A DNA stretch of 64,000 bases. It comes from Lingula anatina (taxonomy: Eukaryota; Animalia; Brachiopoda). The stretch lies in assembly GCA_051362555.1 (NCBI GenBank), contig CM120643.1:16806848-16870847 (forward strand). Reading direction: 5' to 3'. Position 1 is the first letter of the stretch. Each line of letters begins with the position of its first letter. Positions 36,570-49,900 of the stretch are shown one piece after another. Below the pieces are notes generated by a model, which had not been told where the DNA came from, did not search any database, and was given only the letters and a program-made list of their open reading frames with translations. The position numbers were made by a program, and so were the translations under genes.

Positions 36570-38990
36570 TCATCAGGCCCATTATCTAAGGTCTCAGCCA
36601 ACTGCAGGCTCGGGGAGTGACCTCCTACTTTCCCAACCTGCCCTTGTTTAAAGCCTTCTTTGGGCAGTTGTTCCTGAAATGCCCCACCTCACCGCAGTTA
36701 TAACGGGCCATTGACCTGTTTCTAGCCTGATACTGACAGCTGCTGCTTGCCCGGAGACACTTAGTTAGTCACTCTTCCAACTCTCTAAGGGCTTTGGTAA
36801 AATCCAGCGAGGCTGGGACACAAGCGTTTTTTATCCTTCTTTTTACCAAAGGCTGCGTGCACTTGTTGGTATTTGTGCACCATCCATATGACGTCTTGAA
36901 TCAACACTGGCTCGCCGAGGCATACCTCCTGGCCTGCTTTCCTATCCGAGAGGTCCTAGCAAAATTTATACATGTTTTGCAGGGAGACGAACTCCTCCGG
37001 CAGTCGAGTGAACACCTTGCAGCCCAGGGTCATGACCCTGTCCGCCCACTCTTCCAGGGACTCCCCGGCTAACTGTGATGTGTGATGGAATCGTGTCTGC
37101 ATGTGCCGACACCTGTGTTTTTACATCCCGAACCACTCTTTCATCCTCTGCAGCAGGGCCAGATGTGACACCACATCCTGAGTGTGTATCAATCAGAAAA
37201 AGTCAAGGGCTTTGCCACTGTTACGGGTCAGAGTACCCAATGCCAGCAAAAATCAATTACAAAAGATTTAAAGAAGTTTTAATATTTTATTAAAACTAAA
37301 TAAACTTATGACAATAACAATAAGCTATTCTTAATACACAAATAAACCTATCTGAAAGCATGAAGTGTCCTGTGTGAAAGTCCGATGTGAATCTGTCGAC
37401 TGGAGAGTGAATGGAGATAAATCGGCTCAAAGTTCAGTGAAAGTGTCCGATGAAATCCCACAGTAATTACGATGCAAGTTCCAGTAGAAAATATGAGTGT
37501 CGGTTCAGTGGTAGATAGGTTCCATAAAAAAAATATTCCCCTTCAAAAGTCCCAAAACAAAACTCAGTCACTATCCGTTCATACTCCCAGCGTCTGTCTC
37601 CACTAACGCTCTCGAGATACTCATGCTCTCGTGATATGGTGACGTCATAAGCTGACCTACTTATACACAACAGCCACTGAGGCACCATATCAGCCCATTC
37701 AGATGCTCCTCTTTGGTCCATTCATGAGACTGGACGAAGCGTGTAAACTTGAGTTCAAACAATTCCCAGTTCGAACTCCCGTCGTAACAGAGCAACTTAA
37801 GCAGTGACCGTAGGGGTCATGTGCCCTACCTGTCCTGGGTGTTACCACAGGACTGACTGGCCGGCTGACTGTTACCAGACTGACTGGGCCCCTGGGGCCT
37901 TTACGAGCTACCTATCCCCAACGAAGTACTTGATAGCACGCTATTGGGCAGGGTTAAGTTTGTCTCAGACATGTTCCACCCTTATCTGGTCATCCCACAG
38001 GAAATGCCGCGGGGGTCAGCAATAACGGCTTTGGGGCCGGTGCTCCCCCGGCAAGCACCACTGGGGGCGCCAACGATGGAGCCACTATGGGTTTAGCTAC
38101 TTCCACATCTGGTTTCAACAAGGACACCCAGTCGCCACTGCTCCCCGGTAGAGAGACCTCTGTTTTTACGACAGGTGCGTGGCCTGCATCATCGCCCTCA
38201 CGGTCCTGAAATCTGGAGTTAAGGGCAAAATCAATCCCCTCCAGTTCGACCGCCATGAAACTTCGAGAGAGTGATTATCCATGTGTATTCTCTCACTGAG
38301 ACCAGGGGCCTTGCCAGCCTCACCCGACTCCGGGAATCGCCACGAGTTCCTCCTTGCTGGCAAAATTAACCTGCACTGCCAACACGGTTTGCAGAGAGAA
38401 CATGGGGCAAATCCCACACAGATAAAAAATTTTATAAAAACGATATACTTTTTAAACACTTTATTGTGAATAAATAATGAAAAACACCAACACAGATAAA
38501 AATATTGTATTTTATTAAAATGAGCAAAAATATAACCAGCTGGAAAAGAAAATAAACAATGTAGACGTAAACACTACCAAAATAATATACAAAAAGGCAG
38601 AAAGAAATTTAATTTATTAATATTGAGAGAAAGATAAAAATCGGGATCAGTAAGTGCGTTAGCGTGGACTATAGCAGACAAATTTCGAGCTCCGCTAAAA
38701 ACACTGTTATAATGGCAATAACCGCGTGCGAGCTCAAGAAAGTTACACAAAAAGTTGCTTTGGGTTGTTATCAGCACCACTGCCACCAATAATGTGCCGA
38801 TGTGCAACTTTAACGCACGATCTGGTGAGGAGGGGCTGGGCAAGCCGGCCCTACTTCCTGTTCCGGGAGCAGCGCCACTACACTCTAAAAAGCTTCTGTT
38901 CTTCTGTCCACTAACAGAATTCAGCCAGGGTTGTGCTAGGAAGGGCTTGATAAAACTTTCCCAGGTTGTTCTACTGCCATATGTCATTTG
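36570..38990 (-). mobile_element. Gypsy-type gag remnants
   Basis: KLLCYDGSSNWELFELKF...CLSG|KALDF (joined across the solo LTR); decayed knuckle RYNCGEVGHFRNNCPK at ~36660-36705; second TYGSRTTWESF fragment at ~38985. Confidence 0.6.
37219..37672. mobile_element. Solo LTR (454 bp, 5-bp TSD) inserted in the gag remnant
   Basis: TGTT...AACA ends; GCCAC at 37214-37218 and 37673-37677; excision restores the gag frame. Confidence 0.8.
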
Positions 38991-40024
38991 ATGCGGTAAC
39001 AGAATGCTGTGTGTTTACTGCCATGTGCTGGCCATTTCCCATAACTGACAGTGGTTTTTCTGTCCTCCACATTGTTGGTTTTCTGTTCAGTTCTATTACT
39101 GAGGATTCCATCTTGTAGCTAGAATAAATAAATATAAGAAATACATTCTGCATACCTTATGGATTACACACTGTAAAGCTAATACGAAATGAACAAAATA
39201 GGCTTATTGTCATGCACTCATTGTTTTAAGATACCGAGTACAGGTGCACAATGCACCTTGCCTAAAATCTATAACAACATGCAAAAAGGGCAGGCTGAAA
39301 CAATGTAAAATGAGATTTTTTTGCAGTGTCTTCTTTTGCAGTGCATTGCAAACATCGCTTGGTGCTGAATGCCCTCTGCAGAAATTCTTTAGCTATTAGG
39401 CCTATATATGCCTACTTATAGCCTTAATTATATAGGCCTAATAATATAATAATTAATTAATCTAATTATTAGGGTCGATGATAATAAAAACAGAAGGCCA
39501 AGCCCAGGCCTAGTAGGCTACTTACCATAGCAGTAGTTGTGGGAGTAGGCCTGTCATCAGACACTACAGCAGTAGAGGTAGGGGGTCGCCGTTGTAGGCC
39601 AGCTGGCAGTGGCAGATCTGCTAATGAGCAAGGTCGGGGAGTGGGTGGTTCTGACTGTGTCCTCCGAGTCTGGCTCTGAAAAATCTGCCTGCGCTCTGCT
39701 AGAATCAACGGTGAGAAGTCTACTGCATCACTAGGGCTAGGCCTGCTTGATCTAGTGCTGCTTGTCATGCTTGTTGTTGACCGGCATGTTGACACTGCTG
39801 GCGTGATTGTTGTTGAGTGCCGTTGGCCGTCATCCTAACAAACACTCCCAACAAGTCTGTCGTCTCTGCAAAAGGTTGATTATTCGTCTAGAGATATCTG
39901 CTCTTGATCGAGGTCTCTGACTTTGTTAGCCATTATTGTAATTCTCTATACTAGCCTACTATAGTACAACACCTGTCAACTCTCCTCAATCTGTCAATTG
40001 CAAGCACTTGTCAGTGTCAGAATT

Positions 40025-40860
40025 TCACGGTATTGACTGTGACGTCGGCGCAAGGGTAGCCAAGACAAGCTTGGATAGCATGACATCACTATCTTTATCT
40101 GATTGAGAAAATCTGACAGCTTCAAAAGTCCTATACCATCTGACCCTGCTAGTTTTGACCATTGATTGAGTTTGTCTCGGAAAGCTGACAGAGGCTATGA
40201 CAAAAGGACTACCAAACCGTTCTTCCAAAATGGACATAGCCTCATCATAAGTCAGACCTTTCGGTGCTAATGAGAAAACATCCTTCTATACAATCCCTAG
40301 CTGAACTTCTAGCACCTTTTTTTTTTTTGGCTGTATAACCACATTGGGTATTTTATGATGGGAAATAAGAGAGATGAATGATGCTTTCCATCCCGGATAT
40401 TGCAAAGGGTTACCATCAAATACAGCAGGTTTAGGGACTGGAAGCCTACTTATAAGCAAACCTTGAACAAGAGATACATAACTATCAATTTCTTTTTCTT
40501 CTAAAACAGACGTGGCCCTAGGCTGAATTTCACTAACTGCTTCAGACTTAACAGAAGACCTGCTAGAGGTGTGTGATTTTTGGTCATCTAAATCCAATGA
40601 TCTTATATAACCACCTGTTCTTTTAAGTAGACACAAATGTTCTTCTTTTATAGTTTCTACTTTAATCCTAATATCCTCATCCAAGTCACTGTGTAATCCA
40701 GCACTGTGAACAAAATTTTGTACACAATCTAATGCTGTACTAAGATCTCGAGACGTCTTTAAAAGACCTACATCTCGACAATCATCGACAATAGTTTCTA
40801 GTTTAATTGCCTGTTTACGCCAACTAGATATGGCAATGGCAGTGCCTCGTATGTAACACC
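40025..40860 (-). mobile_element. Second BEL/Pao gag remnant
   Basis: SRLPVPKPAVFDGNPLQYPGWKASF and AMSILEERFGSPFVIA motifs, with frameshifts. Confidence 0.75.
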
Positions 40861-41842
40861 TAATTCTGCTTTTAGTTTCTTCTACCTCCCCACCTCCCTC
40901 TCAACACACAGTTTGAGAGCTTCTGTGTCTGTTTCTTATTTGTTTTCGTATTTTGCGAACCGGAGTGACTACTGTTTTTTTCTTCCTCTTTTTCGTGCTC
41001 TTTGGAATTTTCGCGCATCTCCATGTTTGCTATCTTGGCGCCAAATAATAACATCCGGGTCTCAGCTGTAGTATTTCATTCATAGTAAACCGTGAGACTT
41101 AGAGAGAAATTGTGCATTCTGAAGCCGTACTGTGAGATACCGGTTTTAAGTAGCTTCATTTTTCTGCACAGTTTTGGATAGGATATACCTTGGCCATTAT
41201 GGGAAAACTGTTAAGGTTTCCAGGAAAAATCATTTTCTTGCTATATTAAGGGTTTAACCCACTTAGACAGCCTTTCACTACCTGCTGCTACCACAAGCCT
41301 GAATGTGCATAACTTGGAATTCTGTAATACACAAATATATACAAAATTATTACTTAAATACACTATGCAGTATGGCCAATGTAACTGTGAACAAATGTGT
41401 TCTCAGATTATCCCCTGCCTGACTAAAACTTCACTTCAGGCAAAGAACATTCTACTGACACTGCACTGGTATATAAAGTCTTTAATAATGCAAAAGTTCG
41501 CGTATAATTGAAAGTCAAAATTGATCACTGTGTGATTGAAATGCCAAAGTTTTATTTTCTAATAGCACAAAAATTCAAAATGATACTATGGTTATATGTC
41601 CATATGAAAACTGTTCCTGGTCATGATGACAGCGTGACCTATGAATTAAGACCTGCCCTTTACTATAGTACAAGTTGTATACCACGGAAATCACCACAGA
41701 GACAAGAGTCCGAATTGCTGTAGAACCCTCTTTAGTACATGTTCCTGCACACCTTCTGACTAGACTGACCCTGGACATCGGTATGGTTGAAGAAGTTTTT
41801 TCAGTTAATAACTTATGAATATCTCTCACTAATCTGAGTCTT

Positions 41843-42058
41843 GCACCCCATTTCCATAGATTAGATCGACCTACTTTAGATCGACCTAACTCCCTGGGGG
41901 TTCACGCTAAATAGCTGTCAGCCAGGCGGACACGAAAGTTAATTACCCCCTTACAGCTTGTAGTAGGCGGGATGGACATTTAAGTCGGATTATCTGAAAG
42001 TAATCTAGTGAGACTCCCCGCGGGGATAGATCGATCTAAAATCTATGGGAATAGTGCC
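41843..42058. mobile_element. ~215-bp MITE, copy 2 (inverted relative to copy 1)
   Basis: Shares GGGTTCACGCTAAATAGC, TTACCCCCTTACAGC and GTAATCTAGTGAGACTCCCC with the reverse complement of 2007-2221. Confidence 0.8.
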
Positions 42059-43000
42059 TAGGTTAAATTTGTGTACACATGGTTTCCAATGGTGAAATGA
42101 ATTCCTCCTCTGCGAATTGTGAATATTGTTTGAAATTGTATTTGATTACTTTCCTCAGAGTCAGGCTTCGTACAATAAAGTTCCTGTTTACTTAGAAGTA
42201 CAGAGCATTTTCACGAGAGCGCTATCGCGTGTTCTTGACGTCCTTGGACCACATTTCCATATTGACATCATAAATGGGTACGATGTCGTCTGCTTGTACA
42301 ATTGAGTTTCACTTTATCAGCACACAGCATTCATTAGGCAAACAAGTCCATTTACTGTTAGGCTGAGTTCAACCGGAAATATTTCTGAGTTCTTATATTT
42401 TCCAGTTCCATATTTTCTGTTTTATTGTTCATAGTATTTTCTTAGTTTCATAGTTCTAGCATATTTCCATAAAATACATTTCCGTACATTTCCTAAATTT
42501 CCCTGAAACTGTAAATAAAAAATAAATAAAGATAAATAGACACTATATTAAACAATGCACTATTAACCTGCTATTATACCCATATTATTAAGATATTTCT
42601 TTCATAAAAAAATAATGAAAACAATTTACCTCTTTGAGGCCTAAACACTTCTTGGTTGTGTGACACTAGCTAAATTTCTACTGAGACATATTAAACGCTT
42701 TGACGTAATACACTTGGTTGCAGCACGTGCAAACCGAGACAAGAGCAACTACAGTTACACTTCCATTTCTTCAGCTGAAGTCTTTAGGTTAATCTTTCTT
42801 CGGACCCAACATGAACTCTGTTAGGGCAAGTTTAAATTAAGTCAGCTGCCAATCAAATGCCCAGTGTTTTCTGCAAATCTCTGCTTTTGGGGCGAATACT
42901 GAAAACTTCTTGATGTAATACTGGTAGGAATTCCCATGATTTAAATACCTTTGCCTCAGTTAAATTTCCTGCTGCTGAACCCCCTCCCCCCCCTCCCAAA

Positions 43001-43003
<3 letters not shown>

Positions 43004-43031
<28 letters not shown>
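43004..43031. repeat. (CA)n microsatellite
   Basis: Directly visible. Confidence 0.9.
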
Positions 43032-43032
<1 letters not shown>

Positions 43033-44091
43033 GCTTCCCAAGCATTTCATTTTCCTGGGAGTGAAAAGCATTTTTGGTCAAAATGAGGATAGAGTATATA
43101 TAATTATGTAAAACTCGTTATTTGTTTAAACTGTATCAATTTTTTAAATGTTAGCTAAAATTTGACAGCTGTTAATTAAAAATGAGAAAGACTTTTTTGT
43201 TAAGTGTCTGTACTGTGCAAGCTTCAGCGTATATTGTCTATTATGAGTAGGTTTGTGTGAATGCATATTATATAATGCAATATATTATTATATTGCATAT
43301 TTTCAAAAGACGAATAAACTACAGATCTTGTATGTTGGCTATTGCTGGCTCATGTGAAAATAACTGTATTGGTTGGTTAATTCATACAAATTAAGAGTGA
43401 AATGTATACAAATAATTTGTTTGTTTGAATGGATAAATTTAGAACATAATCATTGCAGAATTTTACAATATGAATTGTCCTTGATTTTATTTTTCCCAGA
43501 TATTGATGATAAATACCAAGAAATGTGCAAGATGGTGCTATAAATGTTAACATCATGCCTTTATGATACAGCAGAGAAAATAAAGATATTTTTACATCAG
43601 TGAAATTTTGTCAAATTCATTATGTTGCACCATTGCCTCCTGTTATGGTAGTGAAATTTCAATTTATGGTCAATATATATGTTGCATAAGATTAAATTTT
43701 ATTTAAAAAACTTTAAACTTGAAAATCTTTATCGTGTAAATAAAATATTTTTTGGCGGAAGAACAGGGAATTTAACATAGTGTCCAGCATTGGACATGGA
43801 GAATACCCAGGACAGGGGCAGCAATAGATCTTTACAAGTAGGAACCCAGTGCAACAGAGGTCGAGTATATTGTATTAGTTGTTCTTGGTGGAAGTAAAAC
43901 AACCAGCTCCACCAAGTCATGACTACTGCACTGCGATTGGTAGATCAACTCCTTTTCAACCAAATTCTAGTTTTCTTGCATGTACTTTAACAGACAACAA
44001 AAATTTAATTCCATGAACCCATGCTTGTCTTTTAACAGACAGTGTTATGATTTCAAACTGGATAAGACAAGAATAATACTTCAGTTTTCAC

Positions 44092-44097
44092 TTTATT
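44092..44097 (-). terminator. Candidate polyadenylation signal (AATAAA) of cyclin E, implying a ~2.4-kb 3' UTR
   Basis: TTTATT on +, followed in the transcript direction by U-rich sequence; other candidate hexamers exist. Confidence 0.4.
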
Positions 44098-46537
44098 CAA
44101 TACAAGTTTGCTTGGTATAACTTACCAAGTGTTCCACACGTTTCTAATTCGTAACATTCCTTAAATCATTTCTCTAACAATAAATACATTCTGTACCACA
44201 ATATTTTGGTCTTTGACGCTTAAATTTACAGACACTCCACACATTCTTTACATAATACAATTGCAATGAGCTAGATTTGATAAATAAAATAGATAAATAT
44301 TCCCAGTTTATAATGCCATTGCCTTCTATATATAAGATTATAGCTGGTCTATGTAAAACTTGTTATATATCATAACATCACTTAACATATACCATGTTTG
44401 CATTTAATGTTATAATCTCCAACTTTCCTTAGCAGCACACAAATCACATTTGATATAATTTAAAATTACTGAACATTCAAATCAAACTCAACAAAGAATG
44501 ATCTGCAGTCCTTACTGAATTCATAATATATTAAAATCAATGAGGTACACTTATTTTTTTCATATTCTTTTAACTAAAGCCAAATGTCACTCATTCTAAT
44601 TGTAATACTAGTACTACGTATACTAAAATGATTATTAAGTCTAAAACAATTATTGTCAAGTGGGGAAATATTTCATCTTGGGAAGACTAGTAATTTTACT
44701 GAAGAGTGGTGTATATTCAGTGTTGGTGGTTTGGATAGAACATGTCAAGCATTTTGACTTCAATTTTCAACTTTATATAGCTTTAAATTGTTTAAGGTTC
44801 AACAGCAAAAAGCTTTTAATTGCTTTCAACAGATTTGATTTTAATGACTCCAGTCAACCTTCACTGCAGCAGACTTTATATATATGGACTGCCTAGTCAT
44901 ATGACAAGATAATTGCTATATTCTAAAAAAAAAATAAAGATGAAAAAAGATAATAATAAAGGTCAAGCTGTAGCTACAGAACCTGACTGAGATTAAAAGT
45001 GACATATTGATTATGATTGTACATGACTACACAAAAGCACCCTGCTTTTTCATTGAATCATATTTAAATGGGAAGATTAGCAGTCAGCTGAAAGCCTCAC
45101 CTCCAGCTGGCAAACACTGCCCATTTTTAAAACTACCCATTTTAAAACAGAAGCTGGCTCTTATTTACGGGTAATTACAAGTACATGTATTTAGATTGCA
45201 AAATTCTCATAATTACATTGAAACAGTGCATTTCTCAAATGACTCTTTATCTGCACCTGAACACTTGACTGGTGGTATTTATGCACAGGGCATGGCGCAT
45301 GAAACTTAAACAGGTCTGTAAATAAGGGGGGAAAAAGTGCTTCATGACACCATGCAGCTTTATCACTAAAATCAACCACAGCTTAAAAAGATGCCCAAGA
45401 TTGAAGACACGGGCCACTTAGTGTCCTCTCCAACCTCAGTCAAACCTTGAAACTTGTGCTACTTGTTTAAACTATATAAAAATTTCCAAAAACATACTTT
45501 TGAAGCATATCACAAATTCAAAGTTCTACCTGTCAAACCAAGTCCAATAGTGCATTGCTGAAAAGGAACTAATTCAACTAATTCAAAATCACATGCACTT
45601 TCTCACAGCTTGATACTCCCATGCAATCTTCCCTAGTCTGAATAACCCATTTCAATCTACAAGCTTTGTTAAATCTTCGATGAATCATCAAGTATTTCAA
45701 ACTTACACCACACTTCTTTGCAATATCTATCACAGTCAAATGCTCGACCAACCCATGTGCAACATAAATGCAAAACAAACCAATGTTATTAAAAAATTTG
45801 AAAGTTTTTAAAAACGTTTTATACTGAAATTTGCTGTGACTTAAGAACTAAATTCAGTAAATATTTAAAAGATGAAATCAATAGTGCCAATAACATGGAA
45901 TAAATCCAAAATAAATAATATGAAATTAACACATATTTGAGCTCTACTCTGCTGCTGAGACTTCAAATAAGGAGTCTAACACAATGCAAAAATGCAAAAT
46001 GTAAAATGTTCAGTGTATGTTTGTGATAATAAAAAAACCAAAGCTTCCAATTATTTAACAACTTAGCAACTGAATAAATTAATGCACAGCATTAGTAAAA
46101 TATCAAGGAACAATATAAAATGCAGAAAAGATGTTCACTTTATGATCAACTAATGATTGTGCAATTTTAATATCTTAATCAAATCATTATAAGACATGGG
46201 TGCTAAGTTTCATTGTATGGCCCTTTAAATCTTGGCTGAATCTTGGTCAACTACTGAATCTTCATTTTGGCTAAAATTGTCTATAAAAGAAACCTTACAT
46301 AAAAGAAGACTTCTTGTAAGAAGACTATTCTTCACATCCAAAGAAAAACCTCTCCATCTTTGCTCTTTTCACCGAAACAAGCTTTGCTGTTGATCCAACC
46401 GTAGTTGTCTGTAACACGGTGACAGAAATCCTACTCCTCTTCTTGGCCTTTTTGCACCTTGTCAATTGTAGTCTTACTTTCTTTTCTTCTCTCCAAGTGT
46501 TGCTGTAAAATGGCTAGATGAATATGACAAGTTGATC

Positions 46538-46898
46538 CTATGATTGCAGATCTTGGTGGCTCTTTCGACTGCTAGAGGGAGGCGTTAACATGGTGATCTC
46601 GTGACTCTGTCGATGCAAATCAGGACTGGCTCGTGAGGAAAGCTCTATCTCTAGCTGAAGCTCTTGTGCTCTTTCCTGGAAGTGAAAAGAAAAATCCTTA
46701 ACTACCCACTAGACACTTAATTCACACATGCACAGGCTCTAACCCCTTCATCATTGTAAAAGATACAGAGAGGTCTTCAATAAATACTCAAAATTGCATA
46801 ATGTTTCCCAACTCTCCCCCCCCCTCCCCCCAAAAAAAGCACAGACCACGTACATAGAACAATTAAAATTGATTAATTTTACATGTAAAAGATGACAT

Positions 46899-46938
<40 letters not shown>

Positions 46939-49900
46939 AGGGGGGGATGAGCAAGAGAGAGAGGAATTTTACATACCAGCATCTTGAGGTCAACAGAATG
47001 TGTCTGTACATTGTGAGCTTCCTCGTGTAAAACATTTGGAAAGAACTTTTGTTCCACTAGCCCCTCTTCACGCACAGTACGCGCAAACGCTGCCATCCAC
47101 TGTGAGCATGCACCAATATCCAGCCACTTGAATGCTGTGAGATATAAATTATAAATAAATAAATGACATGAATATTTGTTATTTACAGTGAAATATTATA
47201 GAAATTTGTCTTCAGTCACCTATGATCAGAGATAATTAATCCTTTAACTAGAGGATCAGAGAGGCGATACCGCCTCCAAATATTGTACCACCAGCTGGAG
47301 CAAACGCATTCGTATAGACCCCCACATACACAAAATAAGGGACACAGCCACCAGTTTTGTGCTTGACAAGCTGTAAAAATGCAATCAACAAGAATTTTTT
47401 AACTATTGCAAAAAATATATATGGTACAATCAAATTTAAGTTCTTCGTAAGGTAGGTCAAGGGTCAATTTCAAGGTCACAGTAAATTGCCAGTATATGAC
47501 TTCCTATTCAAGTTCAAGAGTAACTATGGACCTATCTCTGTCAAGTTTGAAGTTAAAAGAGAAAGAAATTAGCAGAGTTCAGTTCATGATAAAAAATCGG
47601 TCAAAGGTCAATTTCAAGGTCACACTTAGATTGCCAGTATAGGACTTCCTATTCAACTTCAATAGTAACTATGGACCTATCTCAGCCAGTTTTGGAGATA
47701 AAAGGGAAGCAAAATTTGCAAAATTCAGTTCATGGTGAAAAGTAGGTCAAAGGTCAATTTCAAGGTCACATTTAGATTGCCAGTATATGACTTTCTATTC
47801 AAGTTCAATAGTAACTATGGACCTATCTCTGCCAGTTTTGGAGATAAAAGGGAAGCAAAATTTGCAAACTTCAGTTTATGGTGAAAAGTAGGACAAAGGT
47901 CAATTTTAATGTCACATTTATAATGCCAGTATATGACTTCCTATTCAAGTTCAATAGTAACTACGGACCTATCTCAGCCAGTTTTGGAGATAAAAGGAAA
48001 GCAAAATTTGCAAAATTCAGTTCATGGTGTAAAGTAGGTCAAAGGTCAATTTTAAGGTCACATTTAGATTGCCAGTATATGACTTCCTTTTCAAGTTCAA
48101 TAGTAACTATGGACCTATCTCAGCCAGTTTTGGAGATAAAAGGGAAGCAAAATTTGCAAAATTCAGTTCATGGTGTAAAGCAGGTCAAAGGTCAATTTTA
48201 AGGTCACATTTAGATTGCCAGTATATGACTTCCTTTTCAAGTTCAATAGTAACTATGGACCTATCTCTGCCAGTTTTGGAGATAAAAGGGCAGAAAAGTT
48301 TGCAAAGTTCAGTTCATGGTGAAAAGTAGGTCAAAGGTCAATTTCAAGGTCACATTTAGATTGCCAGTATATGACTTCCTATTCAAGTTCAATAGTAACT
48401 ATGGACCTATCTCTGCCAGTTTTGGAGATAAAAGGGAAGCAAAATTTGCAAAGTTCAGTTTATGGTGAAAAGTAGGTCAAAGGTCAATTTTAAGGTCACA
48501 TTTAGATTGCCAGTATATGACTTCCTATTCAAGTTCAATAGTAACTACGGACCTATCTCAGCCAGTTTTGGAGATAAAAGGAAAGCAAAATTTCCAAAAT
48601 TTAGTTCATGGTGTAAAGTAGGTCAAAGGTCAATTTTAAGGTCACATTTAGATTGCCAGTATATGACTTCCTATTCAACTTCAATAGTAACTATGGACCT
48701 ATCTCTGCCAGTTTTGGAATATAAATGAGAAGAAAAATTTGCAAAGTTCAGTTCATGGTGAAAAGTAGGTCAAAGGTCAATTTTAAGGTCACATTTAGAT
48801 TGCCAGTATATGACTTCCTATTCAAGTTCAATAGTAACTATGGACCTATCTCTGCCAGTTTTGGAGATAAAAGGGAAGCAAATTTTGCAAAGTTCAGTTT
48901 ATGGCGAAAAGTAGGTCAAAGGTCAGTTTTAAGGTCACATTTAGATTGCCAGTATATGACTTCCTATTCAAGTTCAATAGTAACTACGGACCTATCTCAG
49001 CCAGTTTTGGAGATAAAAGGAAAGCAAAATTTGCAAAATTCAGTTCATGGTGAAAAGTAGGTCAAAGGTCAATTTTAATGTCACATACAGATTGCCAGTA
49101 TATGACTTCCTATTCAAGTTCAATAGTAACTACGGACCTATCTTTGCCAGATTTGGAGATAAAAGGAAAGCAAAATTTGCAAAATTCAGTTCATGGTGTA
49201 AAGTAGGTCAAAGGTCAATTTTAAGGTCACATTTAGATTGCCAGTATATGACTTCCTATTCAAGTTCAATAGTAACTATGGACCTATCTCTGCCAGTTTT
49301 GGAGATAAAAGGGAAGAAAAATTTGCAAAGTTCAGTTCATGGTGAAAAGTAGGTCAAAGGTCAATTTCAAGGTCATAGTAAGATTGCCAGTATATGACTT
49401 CCTATTCAACTTCAATAGTAACTATGGACCTATCTCTGCCAGTTTTGGAGATATAAGGGACTAGATGTTATAATTTTGGAGTTACCATAATGTGCCTTAA
49501 ATTTCGTACAGAAAAAATTAATTAAAATAAAGAAAATGTCATTTTGGTCAAAATTCTTGAAATAGGAGGTGCTCTGAAGTTTCAGAAGTTCAAATTTGAT
49601 GAAATAATGTCATTTTTGAACACAAGTTGTCTGCTTTGCCAAGCCTTATATTTTATTTTTCCAGAGTTCAAAATTTATTATCCATTACCGTACTGCACAT
49701 TTTGCTTTTACCACCAATATGTACTTTTTGATACAGCGTAACTCGAAAACCGTATGGAATACAAAAAAACCGAGACCACCCTCAGTGTTGGGCTTTACAT
49801 GCTCTACAAAATGCAAAAAAGAATGGGTCTCTAGCATTAACGGTTCCCGAATTAGAGACAGTTTTCAGTTTCGGTATCTTATGGCCGCTACTCCCGTGAA

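Noticed and set aside
37219-37789. Longer LTR ending at GTCGTAACA (~37788)
   Set aside because: No TSD, and that end is gag coding sequence (CYDGSS); the 37672 end has a GCCAC TSD and restores the frame.
38990-39935. Ser/Thr/Pro-rich ORF with a GTAAGT donor and a following short exon
   Set aside because: Contains stops, is cut by gag sequence, and has no recognisable domain.
47878-49352. Several near-identical ORFs ([10 protein letters not shown]...)
   Set aside because: They are frame-shifting translations of the 146-bp satellite.
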